Shown: positions 41,274-54,784 of the stretch, piece after piece
How positions within the stretch are numbered: the first letter of the stretch is position 1
Layout: each line of letters starts with the position of its first letter
Origin: Marsupella aquatica
Taxonomy: Eukaryota; Plantae; Marchantiophyta
Reading direction: 5' to 3'
NCBI GenBank assembly: GCA_973895155.1
Contig: OZ316891.1
Location: forward strand, 3,609,801-3,673,800
Length of the DNA: 64,000 bases
The notes under the pieces: model-generated
Database searches by the model: none
Seen by the model: only the letters and a program-made list of their open reading frames with translations
Told to the model about the DNA's origin: nothing
Position numbers and translations under genes: made by a program

Positions 41274-41882
41274 TCATTTGAGAGATTGATTAACGAGAAT
41301 GCCACCAAAGTAGACGAGAAAAAAGAGTAAGGCAACGAGGAGGAGGAGGATTTTCCCTAGTGGTGGTGCAGGTTGTCGGTAGGTGCTGGTCGATACGACA
41401 AGACAAGGGTCGGGTCTGGAGGCTGGCCGGAGGGTTCCGAGATTTTCACTCACCACTGTACACCGCAAAGGATCGTTTTCGGAGAGAGACAGTCGTCATT
41501 ATGCAGCGTCTGTTGTAGTCAGGAGAGCGAGGGCGCGGACTGAGAACTGAACTGTGAACTGAAGGAGAGGGAAACCACGAACGAGGGTTGGGGCCCGTGA
41601 CAGTGCTGCGTAGAGATCAGGGAAGCTGTGGAAGATGTAAGATTTGGACACTGACAGTGAAGGATAGCCGAGCCGGGCAGGTGTCCACACAGAGCTGGAG
41701 TGGAAGAGTTGAGACCTTGACGAAGAAGAAGGCAGCTGTTTGAGATGCACTAGGAGGGAGCTTGGGAAAGGTACCGGAGAGGGAGAAGAAGTACCACTGT
41801 GTTGAAGCGGTGTCAAGAAATATTATGGGAAACTAAAAGGAGTCGAGAGGGAGGAGTAAGAGGGGATGAGAGTGTGGAGTGC
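39760..41882 (+). promoter_or_regulatory. Promoter and long 5' leader of the TGA gene
   Basis: CpG-rich; pyrimidine patch at ~40265-40330 (likely TSS zone); (GA)n at 41223-41270; (GCTGA)n and (GCT)n repeats; 9 upstream ATGs. TSS is inferred, not observed. Confidence 0.6.
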
Positions 41883-44800
41883 ATGGCAAATAGTCGAGGG
41901 CAGCGGGGACCTGGGGTGCCCGCGCCTGTAGCAACTTCATCGCCTGGAGTGTCCCAAGGCATGCAAGGCCCATTTGCCTCTCCTCCTGCGCATCTGATGT
42001 ACTTCTCTTCACCATTCGTCAAATCCTTTCTCACACCATTCTTCGTCCTACCTCACTACGCTTGTCTCAAACTCGGTCGTCTGGTATTACTAGTGCTGGA
42101 TAGAATTGGTCAGCAGTTCATGCTTACAGCAGTACGTTTCCTGTCAGTTGAAATTACTGTCAAAATACCGTCTCAAGGCTTGCAGGCCCGTGGGCAACAA
42201 CTGTCCGCCTTGAGTTTCTACCGTTTTGCCCGTAGGCTTTCTAGTTGACTATTTAGCTCCTTGGTATGGGAGAATTCCAACGGTAAGGAAAAGCTCGAAG
42301 AATTGTTTAAAGTCTTGGTTTCCAGTCTTGGAGGTCCAGCAGTAAGGGGGCCATTTCGTTGTGAGATTCAACCTCTTGCCCCCTTCAGTCCTCGTTTGTG
42401 TCTTCTCGACTCTGCCCCACCTTCGAGTTCAGTAGATTCTTACAACGAGAATGTACAGGAAAGGGATTCTGGGAAAGCGCAAAGTTGAATCTCGTTTCAT
42501 TACTTTCCTTAGGTTTCAGTGCACACCTGTTCTATCGACGGGTTCCCTTTGGGGCTCTTGTGCTTGGTTGAAGTCAGCTTGATTTCATTCTACATTGTGC
42601 TTGAATTGGCGGAGACCAGACGGCGGGAATTTCGGAATTTATCCACGTTCTAAAACTGTCAGCGTAGTGTCTCACCCTGATAGGTAGTTTTGGGGTCGAT
42701 AAACTTTGGGCTGGGATGAGGAGTGTCGATGTAGTTTGCAAGGTCCTCTGGATTATGAAAATTGCCCGGTACTTCCCCTGCGCGCACTTGTTTGCGAACC
42801 TCTCGTGGGCAGAAAAATAGACCGACCGACCTTTACTTTCAAGTCATGGCTACCGATGAGCTCCGCATTTGATCGTGTGACTGACATTTTCCATGCTTTG
42901 TTTGCTCTCACCAGATCGAATTTTTCTGGGGAGTCTGTCAAGGACCACACCGAAGGTTACGACCTGGGAGAGCTTGAGCAACCCCTTAGCTTCATTGACT
43001 CAGCTGAACTCGGTGACCTCTCTCAGGAAAGACGTAAGTTATTGACGACTTTAAGTCCTGAAGTTGTCTTCGGTGTCTGGTGTCTAAATCATTTCGGTTT
43101 GACATTACCTTGTGTATCTTGTCGTCTTCTCTGATACGATGGTTCGGTCAGGCAGGAGGTGAATGTGTCGTCGCTGTCGTCTCCTCCAGTCATTCCTCTG
43201 ACCCTCTGAGATTATCAATTCTGCCGAGTGATCGATCAGACTGTGAATGGTTTATTTCGCGTTCGACATGGTTGGAGGTTGGGCTCTTGGAGCCAGCTGA
43301 AGATTGTAATCTTATCTGTTTTAATGGGTTCTCTCCTGCAGACTCGGTTAATACGTCTCGGCCCACGCTTCATATACTACCCTCGGGTCCCTTCCTTTCC
43401 AGCCACAGTTTTAACAAGGTATGATTAATGATCACGATCGCTTGCCTGTACTGATGTAGTTGTTCGAATGCACCCTTTGGAAAGTAGTTTATGGTGATAG
43501 AAAGACATTCCCAAGACGATCTCTCACTTCTGGATTCTCACTTTGTGGCCTGGTCTGTTGAACCCGGATCAGCAACGACAACAGCAGTCTCCACATCATC
43601 AACAGCACTCTCCGCATCAACATCAGCAGTCTCCTCACCAGCAGCAGCAAAATCAACGGCAGCAGCAGCAACATCAGCAGCAGCAGCAGCAGCAGCAGCA
43701 GTCTTCACAGGTCACTTCCCCGTCAGCGGCTAGCACGGATTCACGATCTGCACACTTCACTTCCAGAAGGCCCAGCTTTGAGTCGCCTTCAGGGAGGCAA
43801 TTCGAGCATTGGGGAGATTCTCGGATGGCTGATAACAATAGTCCCCGCACAGATACCTCCACTGATATGGAAGCGGAAGTGAAGGTAGACAACTGGGTAA
43901 ACATACACACTTCCTCCTAGTTCAGGGAGGTTCTTAGATTAGATTTAAATCCATGGAAAGAATGTACGCCGCCAAGTTTCGGACGATGTGAGTATGGAAG
44001 TCTACCGGAGGGTCATTGCGGAAGACTTGATACTGCTGTTGCAACAAAAGAGCTGTGTATTGTTCGCCGACAGCCTGAGGAGAACAAGTTGACCTATTTC
44101 GGACCCCTGAGTAACTTGTGTCTGGCCTTATCGTGAGGGAAGTGGAGACTGACAATTTCTAACGAATCTGCCTCCTGTGGTGGTACATGCATGCAGCTCG
44201 AGGATGGGCATCATGGAGGAGCAGCAGCAGGCTCCAATGTTTCTGACCACGAGGCTACCAAGAATGGGGACTCTAAGGTACTTGATGCTCCGGGGACTTT
44301 GGAATTGGAAAAAATCATCTCTTGGTTCTTCTGGTGTGGGGTCCAACGGGAAGTCTTTACGTTCTTAATTTGCCCCACTTCTCAGATAGACTCGCTCATG
44401 GTGAATTGTCTGTGGCTCAAAAAGCTTATGCTATCCTGTTTCTCTGCGAATCACACTGACGAGCTTGACTCACGGCATTGTTCGGTTGCAGGCGTTGCGC
44501 CGCTTAGCACAGAATCGTGAGGCAGCCCGCAAGAGCAGGCTTAGAAAAAAGGTGCGTAGTCTGCAGCTAGCAGATGCTCCACCGTCGAAATTCAAATTAG
44601 GTTCCTTTTCCGATGCATCTGTAACTAGGGATGCTAAAGTGGGGGAGTCTGACCTTCTCAGATCTGTCATCACTGCAGGCCTATGTACAGCAGTTGGAGT
44701 CTAGTCGAATCAAGTTAAATCAGCTCGAGCAGGAATTGCAACGAGCTCGCCAACAGGTTAGGTCACAGACTTGACTTTCATTATGGAATCCTAAGAGCGC

Positions 44801-46493
44801 TCGTCCAAGAATTAACTGCGATTGACAACTAGTCGAGATCGCGGGGGTTCTGTAGGTTACTTGAAAAGGTCGGCGTGCTTGTCAGTCGCTCTTGCTGTCA
44901 ATGATTCTCAACATGTTTGAAACAAATGCAGGGTGTCTATTCTTTTGGTGGGTATGGCGACCAAAATCAACACGGGGTTGTAGGCAACGGTCTGAGTGGA
45001 GCGGTCAATCCTGGTATGGACGATCTCGTTGTAATTCCAGTACTCGAATTGCTTATTCTATTTTTCTGAGGTGGAAACCCTTCGTACAATTGTGTAGCAT
45101 CTGTGAAGTGCAGTCTACGGCAGTAGAACATGATTGTGTTTGGTTGAAAATGCATGAGTTCAGAGGCTACGAAGTGTCCTGCCTTCTGTGAGTCCAAAGG
45201 CCTGGAGAATGCGTGGCCTACATGTGAATTTATGAAAAGTATGACCCGCATAGACTACCTTGACGTCTGTCGGTCCGAGGCTGCCAGTGTTGACAGACGG
45301 GCTGGGAGTCCTTGTATTCTTTGACCTCACTAGTGGAGGTGCGATTTATGAAGTAACGTTGGTCAGTATGGATATATCTACAGGCGCTGCTGCATTTGAC
45401 TTGGAATATGGACGATGGGTGGAAGAGCAACATCGCCAAATGTGTGATCTCAGGGCTGCATTGCAAGCCCATGTTGCTGACAACGAACTCCGTGTGCTGG
45501 TGGATGGGGGCATGGCCCATTATGATGAGGTTTTCCGGCTTAAGAGCATTGCTGCCAAAGCTGATGTATTCCATCTTGTCTCAGGCATGTGGAAGACCCC
45601 AGCTGAACGTTGTTTCATGTGGATGGGAGGATTCCGCCCTTCAGAACTCCTAAAGGTGAGTGCTTACTGTTGTTGTCATGTCACTGTGTCGCGAGACAAA
45701 TTCCTCTTCTTAGTCGCCGTCACCTGGCTGGTGCCCCCGTACTAGTGTCGTTTCCAGCGTTGTTGGGGAACTCTCTTCACTCATGTATTAAAGACATAGC
45801 TCTCTTGAGCACTTGGGAGCCGAGGTGCACCACAAAACATGTTCGAAGCGTCCCGGCGTGGGCTTGTCATTTAGATTGATTTTGATCTTTGTTTACGAGC
45901 AGTGAGCAATGTTGTGTCGTTTGCAGATCCTCATTCCTCGAATTGAGCCGCTGACAGAGCAGCAGCTGCTTGGAATATGTAATCTACAACAATCTTCTCA
46001 ACAAGCGGAAGACGCACTATCCCAGGGCATGGAAGCTCTACAGCAGTCGTTGGCAGAAACTCTTGCGGCTGGCTCACTTGGGTCTTCGCCTAATGTAGCA
46101 AACTACATGGGACAAATGGCAATGGCAATGGGCAAGCTGGGCACTCTAGAATCGTTTGTCCGTCAGGTACTTATCTTCTCTGGTATTTAGCCTACATCAA
46201 TTTAGGTGATTTGGAATTAGGCCAATTGAATTCCAGCTTCAGTTGAAGTTTGCTGGACAACTTTTCTACTGCAATTTATGGGGTTGGTGTGTTGTCCTCA
46301 TATTTGAAAATTGACGTTCTTTGTGATGGGTGGTTGATTGTGGTAGGCTGATAACCTTCGACAACAGACTCTACAGCAGATGTACCGAATTTTAACTACA
46401 CGTCAAGCAGCTCGTGGTCTCCTTGCAATGGGGGACTATTTTCAACGGCTGCGAGCACTCAGTTCACTCTGGTCTGCTAGACCAAGGGAGTGA
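41883..46493 (+). CDS. TGA: TGA-family (group D) bZIP transcription factor with DOG1 domain, ~527 aa. Exons: 41883-41998, 42915-43033, 43342-43418, 43573-43884 (alternative acceptor 43501), 44197-44277, 44492-44551, 44679-44756, 44932-45013, 45384-45655, 45927-46166, 46347-46493
   Basis: All introns GT..AG with consistent phase; LRRLAQNREAARKSRLRKK|AYVQQLESSRIKLNQLEQELQRARQQ bZIP; FDLEYGRWVEE..AKADVFHLVSGMWKTPAERCFMWMGGFRPSELLK; EPLTEQQ..QQAEDALSQGME; ADNLRQQTLQQM..LRALSSLWSARPRE*; N-terminal YDLGELEQ, RPTLHILPS and SPRTDTSTD motifs. The first four exons are less certain than the last seven. Confidence 0.95.
43570..43705 (+). repeat. Coding CAG/CAA/CAT repeat (poly-Q/H tract of TGA)
   Basis: QQRQQQSPHHQQHSPHQHQQSPHQQQQNQRQQQQHQQQQQQQQQ. 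Confidence 0.9.
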
Positions 46494-47224
46494 ATGAATG
46501 GTTGCATTAGTCGTGGGATTGGGTATTCATAAGACTGTAAATTGATGCCGGATTTGAGCCAATGGCCGTACACTCATGTGACATCCAGTTTTGTTGTACT
46601 GAAGCCACAGCTGTGAACAGCCCTGACGTAAATACCCTGATCTGTCTGGGATTGCAACCAAGAGTTGTTTAGAAGAACAGGGTTGATGAAGGGTTGGGAG
46701 GGTGGATGCGTGTGGAGGGCAAATCTGGCGTAGGAGGGCTCGAAACGATCTGTGGCCGATGCCTTTTAGGGTCCACTGCGCTTTGCTTAAGTGACTACTG
46801 ACCGAATGTAGTCACGGGTTGGTTTCTTTAGTCTCTTCCAAAGAGAAGCACTCTGTTTCGTACAGGGTAAGATTGGCTCAGGTGTGGGATGATGGTGTGT
46901 CTAATACCGGCCTGGACGACTTTAACAATGGCTAGTAAAATCTGAACATGACGAAGTGCCAACCGCGCCCACGCCTCTTCTAGGTGGTTTTAGTTTGTTA
47001 GATACATACAGTTACTGAGAGTGGCAGAGAGCCTACATGGCCTCAAAGGAAAGATAGGAATGCCTCGTCCATCAGCTGGGCCTTCGAGTCAGCAAGCAAT
47101 GTGAACTAGTTCAAATGACTCTGGATACATACTCTGTTCAGAGGACTTAGGAAAGCTACTGTAGGTTGTAAGTAAAAATCTCTTAGCTAGGTAGGTAGGG
47201 AGATTCTCAAATTATTGAATGTTT

Positions 47225-47911
47225 CTATTCTTTCTCCCTATGATATGTACTCTTTTTCAGCACTGTTAACGTTTCGCCGTGTCTAAAGAACTTTGCTCTC
47301 CATCTCCGCGTCTGATGTATATCAACTGTCTGTTTTTTCAACCCCTTTTGGACCTCCCGAGTTGTAGCGGCTGTGTTCGGGATCTTGGTTCCTGTATTGT
47401 ACGGTTTGAGATTTGGGCGAGGAAATGCTTTTTCACGAAAGGAGGGAGCTTCTCGTCTTCCAGAAGTGCTCTTATTGCTCCCGTGGGAAAATGACACACA
47501 CGCCTCCCAATGCAAGGTTTTGGGGACAAGCAGGAGCTGTTGACTTGCCATAATAAAGCCTAATGCTTCCGCAGCCATATCAAAATACTCTTTTGTGGGA
47601 ATCTTGCTGAAACACACGTAAATTGTCGTCCCTCTTTGGACTATGTACGGCACCCTTGCATACCATGATAATCCTAGTTTTTTTCTTTCATTCAATGAAT
47701 GCAGCCACATTTTGATGTGTGATTACCAGCAGCGCCCTCTTTGCTGCTTTTGGTTGGGATGGTTTTCAAACCAAGCCTGTAGCGTTGGTCTCGCTGATTC
47801 CTTCGTTGGATGGAGTGCTGCTGCCATCACCCTGTAAGCAAAAATCTTCCCACAGGTGGGCCCGCTAACGTCCAGATCGCAAGCAAAGCCGCCAAGGATT
47901 AAGCCCTTCAT
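47225..47911 (-). pseudogene. Decayed coding remnant, possibly L1 ORF1 (DUF4283-like)
   Basis: ORFs 47723-47911 and 47225-47710 are in frame across one stop; loose pattern P..LQAW...G.IYVCF...LLL....W. Confidence 0.25.
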
Positions 47912-49249
47912 TGTTCCGATTAGCTGCAGGATCTAAACCCTAAACTTCTCGTTCTTTCTTCCTTTCCATTTCCTCCTCTCCGGATTCTTTGAAATAGCGT
48001 CCAGTCCATACATGTGAACCCACCTTCCTTTGAATACATGTGAACCCACCTTAAACATCATTCTCATGAATTCTTCAATTGTGAAACATTCTGTTCCCAT
48101 TCTACGAGCAGGAGAACATTCTCAGCAAGCCTAACAACTAAATGCCAAATACCCTTACGTAAGATCTGCGGCGTGTGCAGATTGCGATCTGTAAAGGTGC
48201 ACGGAAGGGCAACATCATATTGGAACACTTAACTGGCTAAAGACTTGCCATGCCATAGAAAGCAGAATTATTCCCTTTCGTAAACCAGAACGATCTTGGG
48301 ACCTTAAAGGGCTTTTTGAGTGCAGATCGAGAGGAGAGGTGAAATGAAAACATGCCAACATAGCGGTCGTTTTTCTAGTGGCTGCGCCATTTAAACGCTG
48401 CGTTTTGACCCTCGAATGTCGGAGAAATTCGTGAACTGGGTGTGCCTACGAGTGTTGTCAGGATGACGAGAGGGCCAAAGCCAGTTTGCTACTGCTACTG
48501 AGACTTTATGATTGTAGAATGATCACCACACGAACGCTGCTTTGACGTGTCTGTCCCAACATGTTCACTTTCCAGTTTCCAGTTGATGGGTCGCCGACTT
48601 GCCGTTGCGTCCCGTCCCCACGAGCATTTAAGTACCAGTACGTAAATAATAAGGCAAGAGTGCTCCGGCCAGTAGTAAATAGCTGGAATCCACCACAATC
48701 CGGGGAGTGGTGCAAGGAGATGGAATGGCCTGTAGACGAGATTAGATATCCACTACACCTACCTTACGTAGGCGCCCTTTGGCTGCTCATCAGTCAGCAC
48801 AGCAGTCATCCTGTTTCCAAAGCGCTCTTTCAGTGCCTCTTCAGCCAACCACTGGTCAGAAGCTTATTAACGACAACTGCTTTAACTGGAGTGTGACGAG
48901 CTGATGACTCCATCGACGTCCAATCCGTTGCCCAGCATGGAAACCGGGAAACCCACTTTCATCAGCCTGAGCTAGGCCTAAATAACTGCTGCCCCCCTCC
49001 CCCGCCCCCCCACAACAGTGTTCATTTGGTGTACAGTACGCGTTAGACCCAAAGTCCTGGATTGGACGGATCGTGGCTAGATTACCGGTAGCTCAGTAGC
49101 TGACATGCGCGTCGTCAAAGGGGTACACAACATCGAGCCAGACAGACAGACAGACAGCGACATAAAGAGACAGCCAGTACTTTAAAACAAACGAGCTCTC
49201 CTGATATCTTCTCCTCCCCACAGCTGCACAAGTTCCACTACAATAGTGG

Positions 49250-52200
49250 AGGCCGTGACGAATACATGACCACCACACCTCTGCTGGAAAAGCCCCTCGT
49301 TACTCACTCCACAGGGACTCAGACGATTCTGAATCTGTGTGGTCTGGTACCCATGGCTTTTGCGTACAGTAGTTTGTGGTATCGGTTTGCCATCCTGACA
49401 CAGTCATCTAACTGGAGGGGTACTGCTGTACAACAACAAATATATGGGGCTTTGGTATAGTTCAAGAAATATACATCCAGGTACTGTTTCCAAAAGCTCA
49501 ACTCCTTCCCCAAGCTTTGCCCCCTGACGACTGGATGACACCGAGTGCCGTCTTGTGGCAAAGATACGGAATGAACTCAGTTGACCGTGTAGAAGCTCGT
49601 TTTGTAAGGCCCAACAGGGATCTCGTCATCTCGGTGTCTTCGATATGACGCGACCAACAGTGTCGCCCATTTCAGGTCGTTATAAACTGTATACCAATGC
49701 CTTTCAAACGAGGAGTATACATTATTATTGTGAAGTTGTTCAGGCCCGCACACCAGGAGCCAAAAGGAGATTGCTTTACAGTTTTCGTACAAACCAGATA
49801 CAGTACAGACTGCTTGACATAACCGGGTGGGTCCTGAAGCTGTATCGGATCACCGGTAGCATTCCAACGGTCTCCTCCTGGAAAGTTGTCGCCAGTGCTG
49901 GACTAATGTTCCAGGAAAGGCCTGTTGGGTATACGTTGTAGCGGAGTTGAGGACATGCACACTCAAGCAACTGTGGATAGCACCGGCCGAACTACATGGC
50001 AAATCCGAAATCTACTCGGACATGTACAATATATGTTATACTGACTTGCACGTAGATCGTGAGTATTTCGTTTAATTCTTACGGACAAACACAAATTCGT
50101 TGTTAGTACCTCTCTGGTTGATAGACAGTGTTTCTTCACTTCAAATCCGCACAAGGGTGCAGCCAGGACCCCTGTTTTGTACAGCCTCCCGTGACGAGCA
50201 GATGACTTCAATGTCGTCCAATTGCTAGACAATCTCGCTCCCTAGCTAAACTTCAGGCTTTTTTCTCAATTTATGTCGATACTGTTGTACCCCAAAGTGG
50301 GTAGCACTGTTCGTTTTCGTGCAGTACTTGTCATCAGGCTGGACGAGAAAATAATGAACCACCAAGGGTCGGAGATGAAAAGCCACTAACAAGATACAAT
50401 GTCTGGGTATATGCATCACATTTACTACTAATCAAATTTTCAGACGGTTTGCTTAAAATGTCCACAACCTTCACCAGGTCTCTATAATTGGGGAAGTGAG
50501 TAAAATAACGGACTGTAGCTTCCCATCTTCGGTAATTGCCGTCCACTATAATGGAAGATTTTGTCAGAGTTTCATACCGACCAACTGTTGGAGGGAGGGT
50601 CAGGAGAACCTAGGGAAAGGGCCCACCTAAATGAACGGTTACAGGGAAGATTGCAAATGGATTCAGCGCTCGATTCCATTTTGCGAGTTTTCAGTCGACT
50701 CCCCTCAGACTGGATTTGATCGAAGTACTGACTAACTGTGCATAACCTTCAGAAAAGTGTGGTCCGTATGGAGAATTTGTTAGTCTCTTCAGTTCAATTC
50801 ACATGGGATATCTTTCCGACAGTGTTTCTAAAGGGAACCAAGACTGACTTGCACTTAATAGCAAGCTAGGTTCAACTATCGTACTTGTAGCTAGTCTCTT
50901 GACTTGTGCACTGGAGCTGATGTTTGCAAAGTACGCTAGGAAGTCCTTTTTTCCGTTCCAGGGCCGGTATGAACATAGCATTCGGTACGTCTCTATGAAG
51001 ATTATTTTGTTCGTCTGTTCCACGTCTCCTGTGCGATTTGGGGCCACATGCCTAGGTTTCAATTCAGGACCATTCTATGACACAGTGCTGACGAGAGAGC
51101 GAAACCCATAAAGACGGCTCCGAACCTTTATTTCAGTTGCAAAGTACCCATTTGCTTCGTTGACTGACATCATTCTAACCATAATTGCAAAACACTTGCC
51201 GCACATACGATCTCGAGAAGTCTGTCATTCTTCAAGTGAACCCTCATTGGCTTTCCTAAAACTATGGATTGAAAGGGTATGAATTCAACACGGTATACAC
51301 ACTACAACCGTGGCCCTGATTTCGTAGCCGGGGCTGGAGCAGCGAGTGAAGAGCTATAATTCGTCTAAAATAATGTGATTCTTGAAAATAGACCTCGTCT
51401 CTTATCCAGAACTCTAAACTGCAATCTTCAATTATATCATACAACACTTGGTAACTACGCTTGATTGCACCTCCGGAAGGAAATCGTTTAACCTTGCAGG
51501 CACAGAAACGAGGCTAGTTTGAGAATTGCCGTCGTTAGATGACGCCGAGAGATCTCTGTTCATAATCACTTCTCCATACAAATTTCCACAAACATAGTGA
51601 GGAGAATTCTTACATCTGTTTCACAAGGGAATGGTGGTTAAAGTCCGTGATCACTTGATTTGCAATACAATTTTACGATTCTTTGTCGAAGCATTTCTGC
51701 AGTTTCCTGCCACGGGTGCAAATTAAATTGGTCTCTCCTACTTAGAATGGTCTTTCCTGCAGTCATTTTTGGTTACCCATTATCTTGTTTCATTGAGTGT
51801 TCACCTTGTCAGCGGTACTTGGGACAACTGGGGCCGCAGCTGGGTTGTAAGTCTTCATGGTAACGAACTGTAGCTTGACACTAAGAGTGGAGCTACAGTA
51901 TATGTAATGACCCTCCTTGCAATATTCTGCTTAATATTCGTTAACATGTACTGACGATTAATTGTGGGCTGCAAGATGGGTCTTGATGACATCATCGTTC
52001 TCCACAGCTTCGACAAAACAATATTGTGCATGAGATGATAATAATGTGCTCATCAGCTCAATCTTGTCGGATGTCGATTGCATCCTTGTAATAAGCAATT
52101 TCTTGTCACAGTTGGCAAGTCTCCAAGTCAACCCCCTCTGCTGTCGATCAATTTTTTTTTCAAACAGTCCAGCTCTGTAATAATAGAAAAGCTATGCCGA

Positions 52201-53500
52201 TGAAAATATTAAACAAAGAGATTGATGCAGAAATCACAGCAAAGAGTGAATGCTAAATGGACAAAACTCCCAAATATAGTTTGGAGATCCTTCTTCCTTC
52301 TGTAGCACAGATCAAGCACGGTGGAACTTACTCATCATTCATCAGACTCAATGGTCACCATTGCAGCACCGAAGCAAATATTTTTGAGCTGGAAAGCGGC
52401 GTACTAAACCCCGATTTGCTCGAGGTTAGCATTGTCGTTGGGTATCTTCATTGGATCGTTTTTCAGCAGGGGTGTCAAGATTGGGACACCCTCAAAGGTA
52501 CTGCAGTACTGCGCTACTGCTTCCTTTGGAGAGTTTACTGTTTTGATTCCTTTGGATGAAGACGATCCAAAGCTCATTAATAATGTCAGAGCTTTTAGCG
52601 TCCAGAAGCGACAGCAAGCTATAATTAGTAGAGCTTCCCTCCATAAGTCTGGGCACGAGGCAGGCGGGGGGAATTGGGGGACCCTCCACGGATCCCGCAC
52701 AGGTAGACAGTCACACTAAAAGTTAGCTGAGAAGAAGGCTCGATCGAACCTTCTTGCCCAATTCGTCCGGAAAACCAAGGTCAACTTTTGACGCCGTTTC
52801 TTTCTACAGAAAAGAGGTTTTGTTCAGCGAACAGCCGAACACATCTAATAAATAAATAACCAGTGGCTGGCTGGTCTCCTAGGAGAGGCGAAGGATCTAC
52901 AGTCGAACACTTTCTCATCATCAGATCGTGAATTGCAAGAATGAATAGACTAATGGAGAATGAGTATACCTTAAGATATGGCTGTCCAGATAAGTCAAAC
53001 GGGGCGTCGGATGTGCCTGAGCTGCCAAATGGCAACAACTTCGGTTCCTCAGGAGACGAAGATAGGATGGAAGGTGGCGCGATGGGAATCGGAATCGTTG
53101 GTAGGATGACCACTCCTTCTAGCTGCATGAAGTCACCAAATCGGGTTTGGCCGTCTTGTTCTGGAGACGCAGCACAAATAGATTGCTAATTAATTATTCC
53201 ACCCAGCGTTTAGACTTCGGATGTCTGATATGAGATGAGGCACACAGTGAAGGTCCCGTATGGGAAAAAAGCGAAGATGACCTGGCTAGAGCTTGACTCT
53301 TCCTGCCTTGCATGTCCAATCCCGTGTTACTTTGCTAGCCAAAAAACTTCTAGACCATGCACTGTTCTCTGACAGTAGCAGTAGTAGTTCGAAGCTTCCA
53401 TGGCGGCAGGATAGATTCCAGGGATTCCAGGGCTTGGCTGGTAGTCAATTACTGCTGGCGGCTTCAGTTCTTGTAGAAGCTTTGGGTCTGGTCTGTGAGT
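49250..53500 (-). pseudogene. Decayed intron-containing gene ending in a Ulp1-like (peptidase C48) domain, probably DNA-transposon cargo
   Basis: In-frame ORFs 49577-49792 and 49319-49561 give RHWYTVYNDLKWATLLVAS (HW..V.D.....I..DS-like) and AVPLQLDDC (VPQQ..DC-like); further broken frames upstream. Confidence 0.4.
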
Positions 53501-54009
53501 TGGAGTGAATGTCAACTGATTCTTTGGAGTTCCAAAAAAGGGAGTGGTGCAAACACAGGTTCGAGTCCTAAATCTGATGGTAACTATTATAGTTTTGAGG
53601 TGAATTTTTTTAACGTTACTTTTGTTTTTCTGTGTCCAGTCTATGAAACTTCCTTACTGCCATGCCTCATGGATGTTTGTTCAGAACAAATTTCTTAGTT
53701 CATAAGGAATATTGATTTCTAACTCCATGGCACAAAAGACTTGATGGGCCCCTATAGGAAAAAAAATCCCTCCGGGCCGCTTCTTTTGAAAGAGACTTGT
53801 TAGGGCCCTGGTAAATGCACATCAAAATGCCCTACCTTGATAGAAAGAAACAAAACTCATTGATATAAAAGAACAATCTGGTTTAGCATGGTAAGGAAGG
53901 TCTATTCAACCAGTGGATGCTTGCCACATAGAGTTTTGGTGTGCAATTGCCGTCAGCCTGCACATTCCCTCCCTACAACCCCTGCCATCCACTCAAACAG
54001 TGGTAGACA

Positions 54010-54255
54010 TTACACATGTCTAGATAGACTTAGGATTGTAGCCACAACTAAGCTAACCATAGTCACAAACTTGGTTAGGTTAGTTGTGTTGCATCCTATA
54101 TATATAAGCAAGTGTTTGCTTGTGAGCACGAACTCAAGCTCATTGTTACGAAACCACTTGAGAGATAGAGAGAGTTTATGCTATGTAAACTTGGTATGGT
54201 AGACGGGCCTAGAGTACAGTAAAAAATTTGTGTGTTCACGTATACATATCTTCAT
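54010..54255 (+). mobile_element. Diverged solo-LTR fragment related to the Copia LTR at 60247-60667
   Basis: gctcattgttacgaaaccacttgagagatagagagag...gacgggcctagagtacagtaaa matches the reverse complement of 60365-60455 (gctcattgttatggagccacttgagagatagggagag...gacgggcttagagttcagtaaa). Confidence 0.8.
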
Positions 54256-54784
54256 TGGAGTTGAAACACATATCTCTATGTGTCAATTACCTGTTCATTG
54301 AATGGTCAAGTGCATGCCAGTGTGAATTGCATCTTTGCTCAATAGACAGCCTAGGACTTTGCAGCAAGTTTTCCCTTTTATGCATTGGCCAACATTGTCC
54401 GGGGTGATGTAGAAGGTTCTAAAAATATTCCTGATATAGTTTTCTTAAATTGATTTCTAAGCATTAGATCTCACTATATTTAAGGAACCATCAGATGTGT
54501 GACTATGGGGGCTGCTCTACTTGAAAACCCATGCAGTGTTCTTGTTGAATGGCTAGCCATATTTGTTTAATTTATAATTATTACTACTTGGCTAACCTTT
54601 ATACACGGGATAGTAGTATTTAAACCATACAATCATTGTTCCCACTAGAATAGTATAACCCCATTTCCACTTGGAAATGCAGGACCAAGTTCTCTGGTCC
54701 TACTATTATTATTTCACACTCGTTAGTCAACAAAACATTTATATTAACCTTTCCAATTATGAACTCTACATCTTTATCTCTAAA

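Noticed and set aside
39917-41816. Many 60-120 aa ORFs on both strands upstream of TGA
   Set aside because: Low-complexity translations of GA/CT/GCT repeats in the promoter and leader
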